DNA of 64,000 nucleotides, taken from the NCBI GenBank assembly GCA_036172245.1, contig JAYWIR010000045.1, positions 1 to 64,000 on the forward strand. The letters run 5' to 3'. Of the stretch, positions 1 to 12,214 are shown in pieces (positions within the stretch are counted from its first letter, which is position 1; each line of letters begins with the position of its first letter). The position numbers were made by a program, and so were the translations under genes. The notes under the pieces are model-generated. The model was not told the DNA's origin and searched no databases. It was given only the letters and a program-made list of their open reading frames with translations. Origin of the DNA: Raillietiella orientalis. Its lineage: Eukaryota.

Positions 1-810
1 CCGCAGGCGGCACAGCTCCTTCTGGTGCGCGAGCAGCTTCCGGGCGAGGGAACGCTTGGAGCGAAGCAGCCGTTCCACCCGCTCGGAAAGCTGCGCCGCG
101 CACCAACGCCCCTCGCAGCGCGCCCACGCTCCCACCGTCCGGCTGACGAGCCGGCGATCGCGCCTGCGGTGCGCGCGCCCACCCCTCTTCCGCGCCCCAA
201 GCCGAGCCCGAGTACGGCGCCTCCGCTCGCCGACGCCACGGGGCGCGGTCGGAGCGCAGCCCGCACCGAAGACATACGACGACGACGCCTTCGTAGGCAC
301 TCCTGCTGCCTGCACCTGCCCGCTGCTGCCCGCTGATAACAGCCCCTGCGACGCGCGCACCGTCACGAACAGCGCGTCGCTACGGGCCTCCGTAGACAGC
401 AGACTGGGTCGGGCACCAAACGCCGCCTGGAGAAGAGCCTCCTCAACGCACGTCGACGATTCCTGCGTCCCTGAAACGAAAGGAAAGAGATTAATTTCGG
501 CCACGGAAGACGAATCTTCCGTGGCGCCCTCCGCACACCACCCTCTCCCCTGTTCGCGGCTTGCGGTCGAGCTCGTCCGAGCGTCCTCGTGCTGCACCAC
601 GTACGTGGGCAAGCGGCCGAGGTGCAAGGACGAGCGCCGAGCTCGCCGTGCCGCATGCTGCTGCCAAATGCAGCCCGCATCACGCAGGACAGCACACTGT
701 CCGCGTGCGTGCAACGCGGCCACCTGGAGCTGTTGACTGCGCCAGGCACCCCGCACGACGCCGTCCATGGCGCGCCGGTACACGCCGCCCCAACTCCACT
801 CCGCCTGCAT
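1..810 (-). other. GC-rich open reading frame running off the window start, preceded by a splice-acceptor-like TTTTTTTCAG
   Basis: ATG at 810 follows tttttttcag directly. 270 codons with no stop down to position 1 (MQAEWSWGG...LLAHQKELCRLR). No recognisable domain; high GC alone could explain the open frame. Confidence 0.3.
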
Positions 811-1699
811 CTGAAAAAAACAGACTCGTGGCCATCGGGCAGAGCTGAAAACGACGTGCGGAGGGCAGGACGATGGAGTGGGCGCCCGTGCCCGTCCGCT
901 CCGTTGCCCGCTGGGAGCGTGGCTCCGATCTGGTTCGTGCGCGCTCGCTATCGTATCGCTGAATGGACGCTAGCGCGCTGGCTTCCCCATCCGCTCGGCC
1001 GCGAGCGAAGCAGCCGCACCAGTCTGCACGCTCGACCACCACCAAGCAGCGTGCGAAGCAGGCAGGACGGCGCAGGCGGCGGCGGCGGCGGACGGCGTTA
1101 CGTCACCACCCGCCGGCGGCAGCCGCAGCCGCCGCCGCCGCTAGCGCACGCCCCGTCCCGCTCGCGCGCCGACCCCCGCGCCTCGCATCCGGCGCCGCTT
1201 GCCCACCGCGCCAGCGCCCACACTACCTTCTCACCCTCCGGCGTCGCACTGCTCACTTCCTTCGATGAACCGACAGCTGCCACACACGCGCACCAACAAC
1301 AAGTCACAACACAATCTTGCACAGAAAGACACAGAGAGAGAACGCACAGATGCCCGATCCGGACACACAAAAAGCTTTCTCTCGAATGGGAAAAGAAAAT
1401 TTTCATCCTTTGTTGGAACGTTCGACGACGAAACAATGATGCCGGTCGTCCTGGGCAACGAGAACCTTCCATCCGAGACGCAGAGCGCAAGAGCGGACGG
1501 GCCGGCCGGCGCAGCGGACGAGCGCCGGCCGGCCGCTGCCCGAGGCAGCACGCACGGCGCCTGGCGAACGCGGAAGCGCGCGCGCCACGCTCCGACGGCG
1601 CCCATGCCACCAAGCGTTCCTGTGCCGTGCAGGCACAACAGCTTGGCAGGCGGCCGCCACAGGCGACTGCTCTCTTCGCACCTGTCGTGTGGGCTGTTC

Positions 1700-4600
1700 G
1701 TTGGTCCGATTTGTGCGCCTTCAACTCCGTAGTCTCTCTTGCTGCTGTGGATCGGCGAGTAGGAACGACCGCGTGTTCGTGTGCCAGGAAGATGATTTTG
1801 TTCGTGGTTGGTAGCTCTTTCTCGCAGGTGGTCCATGCAAGTTTTGTAGCAACGCCGTTCGTCTCCCATTCCAGCTTATGGCGACGTGCTTTCTCACTGG
1901 GAACGCGCTTTCTAATGTCGCTCGCCGGTCTTCTGCCGTCGCACTTTCTCGCGCGCCGGACCGTCTGTTCTGACCGAATGCCCAGGCGCCGTTGTGAGAT
2001 GCTCTCCAAGGCGCCGCAATTCTCATGGTGAGTAGGATAGGCTTTCTTGCTGTATGAAGCGCATCCCCTTTTTGTCTATGTTCTATATTTTTTCGATACT
2101 TTTTACTACAGTCGAAATACGGATGCTTCCTAGATTGGCAAGACGCTGATGATCATTTTCACCATGCTGGTGGGCATCATGAGTGCTAAAATTTTGCAAT
2201 CTTCTTGCGCGCGTTGGTCCCCGTTGTGCGTTGACTTTTCTTGAAATCATTAATCCTTTATCAATGAGTGCTGTCGTTTGCTTGGATGTCAACTCATCCT
2301 GTGTGTCTCCAAATGCCTGCTTCCTGTGTTCATAAGCAACGTTTCTGTTTTTAGGCCAGCAAACTTTTCGGATCCATTTTTTTTTTTTTTCGAAATGAGC
2401 TCGTTTTCATGTGAGATTGGTCTCTTACTGGGCAGCAGTTCTCTAGTTATATGCGTTTTTGCTCCTTTGCACTGTGTGAGGCCATAAGCATCCCCGTGAT
2501 CGAAATGCGTATCACCGTTACCATTGGAGAGACCATCGATAGCAGCCGAGCCGATGCCGAATCACTGGAAACGATACATGGAAAAAATCCAAGCTCATCC
2601 TCTCTTCGCTCTTAATCTGCGGTGCCTTTTCACTAGGAAGGTGCATGCATTCTTCCGTAACACAACGCAGATCAAAATCTATGAATCTCTTCTTGCACAT
2701 CCAGATTGAAGCCGCATGTTTGCATAGAATTCGCGGAAACGATGACTCGACGACATTCTTCGACACCATCGCGATCGATGCCTTCCGTCGTTTGTCATCG
2801 GATCGAACCTCACTGGATTGGCAGCTTTCGTACAAGCATCTGCTGAGCCGTTGTCCTCGTTCTTGTCTTTCTTCTCAATGTGATTTCCGTTTAACTCCCC
2901 CCGTCTCGTTCTTCTGGGCGAATTTCTAGTTTATCCATATTATGCGCATACTCCTCGCACTATTCCAAGTTCGACGCCTCAGAGAGATTATCGGCTCCCG
3001 TTAATGCTTTGGCATCGTAGTCGGTTCAGGAACCGTATATTGAATGCCTGAATGGTTTCATATTCAAACAGAATTGCTTGTACAATTCAAAGTGTATGCA
3101 TGGTGGTGCATGCTAGATGTGTAGAGGTAATGGAGAACGCACGTCCTTCGTGCGCATTGCTCATCTGCATGTCCTCGTCTCATCTCCGCAGGTACTCCTG
3201 GAACTCAAAGTGTATGTGGTTAGTGGTTACGATCTGGATACGAATGAAAGCAGAGCTTTTTCTTCCTCAGACGCGGTCCTATTCGCAATTTTCTGTTGCT
3301 GTGTTCGTGCAGGCATCACACTTTCGGCGGCCGCACCAGAAACGAAATCTTGCACTTGCTGCGCGATGTGTGAAATGTACATTGGATTTCTCCTTTTCAT
3401 TGGAGCATATCTTCTACCTGAGGCACCTTGCCCGTGTTTTCCTTTCAAAATCTGCACTCTATGTAAGGCGAAACCCTCTACCTGAAAACATTGGCTACTT
3501 ATGTCGCGTGCTGCGATGGAGCGATCGTTCTTGTGGTCACCATGAAAAAGCTGAGCTTCTTCCAATGGCTCCATTTGCAAAGAAGCGAACGATATCAGGG
3601 CATCACTAGGGTTGTTTTGTTTTTATAAAGCGTCGCACCATGGAAACGAGTAATTTTTTTTAGCGTTGCACATTTGATAGTAGCAACTGACTTGGAACGT
3701 TATGTGGTTTCCGTTAATGTTCCCCTAACTCACCTTTACTTGAAGAACCGGATCTCTGGTAGCAACTTGTAACTGGTGTCGACAACGTCTTGAACACATT
3801 GAATCAATGTAGTGTATAGCTATCTCTCCACGACAGTGATAGTTTTGCACGCAAAGTTCTTCCTTGTTCGAGCGCCGGCAGTCATCTATATAAATTCACT
3901 ACCGTCGCGGTTTTATGAGGAAATTTACTCTTCAGAAAAAAGGTTAGGAAGATTTCCGCCGTCCCCTTCTTCTTCCCAATGTGCTTTTAACTCATGAGAT
4001 TCGCTTACATGGCGCACTTTTCAAAGTTGGACGCCATATAGGAACATTCTTTTTACGCATAAAATTTCGACATCTTCCGAGGAGCAGGAATCGCATTGGA
4101 AACTGGAGTGGTTGCAGGCGCAAGCAGAATGTATTGCAGAATCCAACGGGCACGCATCCTTCTCCATGCTACGGGTGTAAAGGTGTTGGAGAGCGTACTT
4201 CCTTCGGATGCATTCCACATCTGCGCATGAGCCTCTAAACTCCGCAGTTGTGGTTGAAATACCAAATCTATACGTCAATGCTAAGGATGCAGACACGAAT
4301 GAAAGGCGAGATTTTCGTTCCTGAGACTGGCTCCGTGATTTTATTTTTTCCTCGCTCAAATTCAGCTGCCTGCTTTGTCTTTCTCGTGGTCGCAATCCTA
4401 TTCCTCTTTCTTCAACGCAGGCCTCGCACTCTGGACGGACGCTTCAGTATCGAATTCCTTCCCTTGCTGAGCGAACATCTACAAGACATGTCGAATTGAT
4501 CCCATGCACTGGTACATGTTCTGTGCCTGTGGCACACTACTCACGTTTTGGTTCCTGTTTCTGGATTCTAGTGGCGCAAGCCATTCAACAGAAACCCAAC

Positions 4601-5400
4601 GAATGGCTGTGAACAAATCCGGCATCTTATTAAAAAAAAAAAAAATAGTTGCGCCCTGCAGTGGCAAGCTCGTCGTTGCAGTCTCCATTAAAAAAACTGG
4701 CCTTTCCTGTCGCTTCATTCGTAAATAAGTGAATGATAAGCAACGCGTGGGCAAAGAATTTTCCGTCCGTCAATCATGACACCATGGAGACGAGTAAGGA
4801 ATCGTTGTTTTGAGCGGTGCACCCTTGATAACAGCAAGGGACTTGGAATTTTTTCTAGTTTCTCTTGGGTTCTCCCGAAGGGTGTCCACTTACAAGCCTG
4901 TTCTTGAAGCACTGGATCGCGAAAAGCAATGCGTACTTGGTCTCGATAGGAAAGATGGAAGACATGAAATCAATCTTATCACTCTTTAGGAGTGTGAGCT
5001 TTTGCATGCAAATTATTTTTTTTTATCCGGGAGCTGGAAGTCGAATAAGAAATTCGAATTGGTCCTTGTTGCATGGAATAATCTATCCCTGAGAAATTGA
5101 AATCATGAAGAGTTCCGTAGTTTCCCCCTTCTGCAAGACAATTTCATGTTTATCCATGGGATGCTCTCGCTTGCCCCGCTGATCGAAGCTAAACGCCACA
5201 TAGCAGGAGTCCGTTCCCGGACAGCGAATGTGGATTTCACTTTAGACTGAGGAGGCTGGTGGCAGGCGTACTTGAGAACTCTGAATGTTTTCTGGTCGTG
5301 GTTCAAACGGTATTTCCTAAACGCTGAAGAAGTCATCCAAGAACCGAAACTCGAAGCCACTTTTCACAAAGGCTGGACTGGGTGTCCTACTTAGATGATC
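1700..5400 (-). mobile_element. Decayed Ty3/Gypsy pol (RT, RNase H x2, integrase, GPY/F-like)
   Basis: Broken minus-strand motifs in Gypsy order. RNase H-like EFDTEAS..ARPALKKE (~4450) and SFVSASL (~4300); a second copy SFVSRS (~3240); integrase EERMSLDFF (~2590), LIDKG (~2260) and SYSP*EL (~2030); RVPSEK...HKLEW (~1890). Many stops and frameshifts. Confidence 0.55.
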
Positions 5401-6098
5401 TGCAAGTCTGGAGCATTTTATTAGAAATCACCTCCCATGTCCTTTGATTATCGAAAGCATCGGCAAGAAGACGTGCATTTCGCCATGCAAAATTAAGCGC
5501 AGGCTTCCCATGATTAATAAGTTCGTTAAATTAATATAAATGTGTCCCGTTGTAGACATGGTTCATCAAGTGTATTGGTTGGGTGGTTAAGGCTGCCTGC
5601 TATGTTAGACTGAGTATTTGAGTTATTTGTTAGATAGCTTAGGTTTGTTCCATCGAGAGGCATGATGCAGTTGGCATACAACTTGTCTCTCGATTATGTT
5701 GTGTGGCTCGGACTTACTTGGCTCCTGGTATTTTTGCCCGCACGAATGTTATTCACATTATACTATAACATAGTAATGTTCTGAAGCATAACGTCTGCTT
5801 GCCAGACTGTCTCATTTTTAAATATTCGATGGTTATATAAAAGTAAATGAATTGCACCTGTTGCTGCACGACGAATCTGAGCCGGGGGACCACTCTACAT
5901 TTTTTCTTGAGTCACTGTTTCTTACGTGTAGAAAATAAAATCTTGCATTCAATTTTGAATTTTGAAATGCATCATTACAGCGATGCCCGGGCAATTCTTT
6001 GTCCACTCATTTCGTTCGATAAAAAAATAAAGTGAACACGATTTGCGAAATGGTCCTCTCCAAGACATAGACTTTTTGCTTCTGCAGAATTTCGACGT

Positions 6099-9000
6099 AT
6101 GCTGGGCTGCGTACAACGTAGGAACATGCACCGGGGAATTTGGACCAGCAGATGCTTGAAACTCAAAGATTTAAACATTGGTGAGTGAAGTAGATTAAAC
6201 AGAAACATGTAAGAAACTTCTAAGAAGGAAGGAATTATGTGTGGCCCTGTATCAAAAAAAAAAAAAAAAAGAAATATCAAAATCAAGAGTAAAAAGTGAT
6301 GAATGCACAGCAGTTTTGAGTGTCTTGTGTTTTCTTGTGAATCTTGCGATTTCATGAATGGGTACAATCAAACATCGTAAAGCACACCTACGTGTTACAT
6401 TAAGTACGTTGAAGTAAGTATTGTGATGTGTTCGAAGTTTTCCAACAGTGATCACCTCATTTATTTGCAAGTAGCTAGATTTCCCTAGGGCGACTTGGTA
6501 AATTGAGTGTTGATATTTGTAGATGGTTTCATTTCATCAGTCATTTATGTCTCAGTTATGTGTATGTGTGTGTTTATTCTGTAATGGTTGTATTTTCCAG
6601 TTGCACAACCATGCCGTGAGGTTTCAACCATTAGTACAAAGGACAAAGTATCATCAAGGAATCCTGTTTTGATAGATGCCGTTAGAACGCCATTCCTCAC
6701 AGCTGGATCAGATTATGCTAAACTTATGCCACATGATCTTCAAAGACAAGCAATTGTGTATGTTGGTATCTTGATATTCTTTTTTTGAGTTCAATAATAA
6801 ATAATGAAAGATTGGTATCGTTTACATTATGAACACAAAATATTATGGTTGTTTTCCATTATTTGAACTATTTTGATAAATGCACTGTAAATATGTAGTA
6901 CTTGATAAATATGTAGTACTTGCACTGATGCAATCATATTACGTTACTACTTATGGATTAGCAAAGAGCAAGTTTGCATTTGTAAGCTTCAAATAATAGT
7001 TGCAGTTATTTGTAAATTAGGATGTATGTAAGTACTAATGCATGTTAAGATGTATCTTTCATGAATGCCATTCTACTACATTTAGCTGTATATTATCAAG
7101 ATAGAAATGGTTCATTTAAAAAATGAACATAAATAAATGAACATAATGTATGAAAGTTTAAGGTTTTATTCTCAGTTTTATGAAATATGATGCCAAGTGG
7201 CAAGCAATAGCAGGTATAATTTCATTCTTAGTGTTCATTTTGGTCATTATGCATTTTAGAGTATTATTTAGGTAAGCACAATAGTTGTTTATTTCAGCAA
7301 GTAAATTGTTTGGAACATTCCAACCATTCTTATAGGAATGTTAGAGCTTCCTAGTATAACTTTAATGTATATTTGAGTGCATTTTTCATTGTACCAATGT
7401 TAACATATGGATTGATATTCTGAAGCTTAATTTGGCATAATTGTTGTGGATTCTTGTGGCTGTTTATCAATGAGATGTTACTTGGGGGCTTCTGTTTTAG
7501 ATTTTCATATTAACATAAATATTGAATGTTTCTTATTTTAGGAATTTGTTTAAGAAGACAGAGATTCCCAAAAATGCTGTGGAGTATGTGTGTGTGGGTT
7601 GTGTCATTCAGGAAGCCAGAACAACCAATATTGCAAGGGAAGCGGCACTAGGAGCTGGTCTATCTGATACCATTCCTGCTCATACAGTTACAATGCAATG
7701 CATTAGTTCTAACCAAGCTTTGACTTCATGTAATAAGGAAAAAAAATAAGTTATTTCCATTCATTAAGTGATAGGCATGGGTTTGATCAGTACCAATGTG
7801 CTTAATGTATGCATTGCTGGAGGAGTAGACTTCATGTCAGATGTGCCCATCAGAGTTTCTCGACCCTTAAGAAGTTGGCTTCTGCGTGCAGCTCGTGCTA
7901 AGACCACATTGCAATATGCAAAATTGCTTACACAGCTGAAGCCAGCTTATTTATTACCAGAGGTGAATATTTCTTGATAAGGAAAGCAAAGCAAATCTTG
8001 TAGTTTCCTGCTGTTGCAGAATTTAGTTCAGGTGAAATTATGGGACACTTTGGAGATAGATTGGCAGCTGCATTCCAAGTGTCTCGTAAAGAACAGGACG
8101 AATATGCACTTCGGTCCCATACACTGGCTTTGCAAGCACATAAAAGAGGCTTGTTGGCAGATGTGGTACCCTTCCAAGGTTTGTGAGAGAGAAAAAAAAT
8201 GCGTCTTAGGTGAAATCTTTTTTTGTAGTTCCTGGTACTGAAAAGACAGTGTCCATGGACAATGGAATTCGTGTGACATCACTAGAAGAAATGGGGAAAC
8301 TGAAGCCAGCTTTTATTAAACCATATGGCACAGTTACAGCTGCAAATTCTTCATTTCTGGTTTGTCAAATTACTTTGGATATGCTTACTCAAAGCTCCAT
8401 GTAGACGGATGGAGCTTCTGCTTGTATTGTAGCTAGTGAAGATAAAGCAAAGGAACTAGATTTGGTTCCGAAGGCGTATTTACGGGATTTTGTGTATGTT
8501 TCACAAGATCCTAAGGATCAGCTGCTCCTAAGCCCAGCATATGCTGTTAATAAACTCCTGAAGAAATGCACTTTAACTCTTAAAGATATTGATGTATGGG
8601 AGATACATGAAGCTTTTGCAGTCAGTTGAGAATATTGTTTTGGATGATTTCATAAATAGTGTGCTGATAGGGCCAAGTACTGGCAAACTTGAAGGCTCTT
8701 GATTCTGACTGGTTCTGTAAAACATACATGCACCAACCTCAGCGAGTGGGTGTTATTCCTCTTGAACGAATGAATTTATGGGGTGGCTCACTGAGCATTG
8801 GTCACCCTTTTGGTGCAACTGGAGTGAGGCTAGTGGCTCATGCAGCAAACCGTCTCCTGAAAGAGGATGGTAAATTGGCAGTGGTTGCAGCATGTGCTGC
8901 TGGTGGACAGGTACATGTTTCCAAAATTACAAGCCCTTAGCACATTTGTTGAATGGTTTAGTTTTAAAAACTTGCCATATGCAAAGGGCAAAATTAAACC

Positions 9001-9127
9001 AAGGCATCAGGGCTACCTGCCACTAGTAGGCAGAATGAGTAGTATAAGCCATTGTACATATGTGCTAATAGTTTTCTGTTTACAGGGAGTGGCAATGCTG
9101 TTGGAACGACATCCCAGTACTAAGTAG
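6099..9127 (+). CDS. HADHB: Mitochondrial trifunctional enzyme beta subunit (3-ketoacyl-CoA thiolase), 9 exons
   Basis: Exons 6099-6180, 6601-6757, 7542-7729, 7775-7962, 8004-8178, 8229-8359, 8405-8620, 8671-8910 and 9086-9127 join in frame across GT-AG introns. Thiolase motifs: [13 protein letters not shown] (catalytic Cys), [32 protein letters not shown]-type [15 protein letters not shown] and QDPKDQLLL. Exon 1 is the least certain. Confidence 0.95.
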
Positions 9128-9148
9128 GAACTGAAAACAAGCTGTTTA

Positions 9149-9161
9149 AATAAAATTTATT
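9149..9161. terminator. Back-to-back poly(A) signals for HADHB and EXOSC4
   Basis: AATAAA at 9149-9154 (+) and TTTATT at 9156-9161 (AATAAA on -), between the two stop codons. Confidence 0.7.
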
Positions 9162-9169
9162 GAATGAGT

Positions 9170-9991
9170 TTAATTCAAATGAGAGATTAATTGACAGGCA
9201 TGCTGGCGTACAGTTTGATCAAGAATATGATACAAATCCTGGCATCCACGCATAGCTACTGTCAACATGCGATCTAAATAATCCAAGTGGCATCTTGAAG
9301 TCAGCTGGAGTAACACAATTTGCTCTGACTTTGGGAGCACAGCAACTATGAGCACAGGTCCATCCATTGTCTCTTCCAGGTGATTTGCATCCACTATAGG
9401 TATGTCTCTTATCAGGCTTGCAGTGCATGCACATACATAATCTCGCATTGGAATTCCAGCATCAATAAGAGCCATGGTTGCTGCATTAATACAAGCCACA
9501 AAATTGCCTCCATCAGCTTGTAGCACCTACACACCAAATACTCTTTGAAATAGAAATGCTTTGTTTCCTGCACCTCAACATATATATCAATCTGAGACTT
9601 TGGGAAAAGTTCTGTCTTGATGGCTGCCCAAAATGTTTGTTTTAACAATTGTGTTATTTCCAAAGACTTTCGGTCGCCACGAGGATATTGCTTTCTTTCT
9701 GGTGTACTAAATACAGCCATGCTGAATTGGCAATTGATAGTTGCTTGGTCATGTGATGCACGAAGTTTGCTACTCATCTATATTAGGGATCTTTCAACAA
9801 TCTACTAAGAGTCAACTAACCTCATGGGGGCCATAAACTGCAGCAAGAACTTTAGTATTCCCCTGCTCAACATATGCACTTCCATCTGCTTGTTCATAGA
9901 TGCCAATACGGCATGTCACCTTGCGAAGCTCATGGGCTTTTCTGCCATCAACTCTCAGACCCTGCTCAAATAGAGGATCTAGTCTGATCAT
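9170..9991 (-). CDS. EXOSC4: Exosome complex component RRP41 (RNase PH-like), 3 coding exons
   Basis: Exons 9991-9821, 9777-9574 and 9526-9170, with introns of 43 and 47 bp. Motifs GLRVDGRKAHELR, ADGSAYVEQGNTKVLAAVYGPHE, SQIDIYVEVLQADGG and ALIDAGIPMRDYV. Confidence 0.96.
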
Positions 9992-12214
9992 TTCTGTTTC
10001 TTCGTTATATTTTCAAGAAATAGATCTAATATCTGTATGTTTATCATTCATTGTTGTGGGTGGTCTTTTGTGGTCTGAATCACATTTGTAAGTTAAACAA
10101 ATGTAATTCACAATATCTACCTGAAACATGTAAAGAATCTTTGACAAAACGAAAACTGCGAAGGAACATTCTCAACTACTCAAAGTGATCCTTTGATAAT
10201 CACTTCGACACCTACAAATATCTCAATACTTGAATAGTAAAAAAAATTTTGTAGCGACATAAGAAAGGAAGCAATCTACATTCAGTAAACACATCCGCGC
10301 CATAGCAAATCTGTCATCACATAGAAGCTTGTGATTTAGTTATGCTACATGTACTCAAAGGACACTAAATGAAAACCGCAAATTTGTTTCTAATCGGTCG
10401 ACAAACATGGCTACGAAACGAAACTTCTTTTTTTTAACTACCTGCCTTATCCTCCTTGGTTGTAATCTATGTATCAGATTTCATTTTCGACGTAATCATA
10501 ACTTAGTCATGTTTAATTATTTAATATGCAACTAATCTCGGAACATTCACTTTCACAGAACTCTTCATCACGATTTTTTTCAAGACCATACATCTACCTT
10601 TCTGACAAAAGTGGAGGTATGCTCCCATAATTGATTGCCAAGACATTCTAACAGCATAACAGGATAAAATTCACAACCTACCAACGAATTTGTCACGTTT
10701 CCTTGTCAGATCGTCTATCGCCTGTTGCAGTATTCACCCCAAGCTTTTCTGTTACTAAAGTTTAAGGTTTTGCTAACGTTTCCCTTAATTTTTCTTCCTG
10801 TGGAATTCGTTAATTTATGAGAAAATTCTTGCATTTCTTAAATGGGATTGCAAGTTATCAAATCCCATAATGGCGTGCAGTTTATTGAACACTTGGATAA
10901 ACTTGAGAATTTTTGTCAAATAGGATTTTTGGACAAAATTTCTTGGAAGAAATAGTTTCAGACTTTATTATCGAAGCAAATATTTACTACCACGTTCAGT
11001 TATTTCACCTTTTTAAAAGTTCATGGGTTATTTTTTTTCTCATTGAATTCTTAAAAATCATATCGCGTCCAAATAGGTGAAACTACAGTTCATGGAATTA
11101 CTATGAATGAATCACGGTAATCGTCCCCATACGTGACCGTAACTTTATGGAATAAGCTAGAGTATTTTTCAAATATCCACATGAAAACTTTTGAAAATTA
11201 TGATCCTCTTGTATGTAGATGTACAAAATTCAGAAAGAAATACATGAATTATATATATCACATACACAAAAAGGTTCTGGCTAAGTTTCTATATGTATGC
11301 ATATATGTATATTTGCTCTCACTGAAGGCAACATCAAAGCAAGATTGAAATGGAAAAAATTACAATGCATTATGAAATCAAAACCTGAAGCATTATTAGA
11401 GTTAAACTGAAATTAGCAATGTTACTTCCCACATTAATTTAATTTTCCCAATTAGAAGTTCCAATCATATTTGAGGCTAGAAAAACGGTTTAGAAAACCA
11501 GATATATTTTTTAAAGATGCACAATCTTCCATTAGCAAAATCACTTAAATAAATCAAACCAATTTAAGAAAAGTACGTGATCATGTCTTTTTATATATGA
11601 GTAACATGTCCTTAATCATATATTTAGTTTAAATCTTCGGTATGTAAGACATTTTTATGTTGCCAGCTTGATAATCGACAAAATTTGTGGGAGGTTTTTT
11701 CTTATAAAATCAGCATTCAGGTCAGCAGATCACGCGGCTATATTACTTGAGATTTCTAATAAGAATATTGAAGACGATAAATTTGAACTGATTAAAGAAC
11801 ATAATTCCAGCATTCAGAAAACAGAAACAAAAAACAGGTTCTAAGGAATGTTTGTTTGCAATAATAACATTTTGGTTGAATGAATCAGTCTATTATTATT
11901 TGCACACATTTTACTTTTCTTTTTATGCAGTCGTTATTTCAATCCGATTGCATCAAAAATATGTGTAAATGTATAATGCATTCCTGCACTCTGTTTATTT
12001 TTAAATCTGATAAGCCCTCCTGTTGCGAGCGCAGCAGATTCGTCATGAGAGTTTACTCGATTTTATAGTTAAGTTTTTCTTTTAAGTATCCTTAATAAGA
12101 TAAATTGCAAGTGCTTCATATTTATGTATTTCTGTTGTGGGGGAAGTAGTGAAAACGAATTCATTCGGATTTAAGCAGTTTGCTCCTAAGAGGATATATT
12201 TTGTTGGCTTAATC

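Noticed and set aside
589..2031. 480-aa plus-strand ORF and overlapping long ORFs
   Set aside because: No domain, Arg/Ala/Pro-rich, and long frames on both strands are expected at this GC content.
3881..3892. YIDD on the minus strand as the RT active site
   Set aside because: It falls between the two RNase H-like blocks, out of domain order, so it is probably chance.
5387..5402. YLDDL on the plus strand as an RT motif
   Set aside because: It is on the opposite strand to the other Gypsy motifs and has no supporting context.
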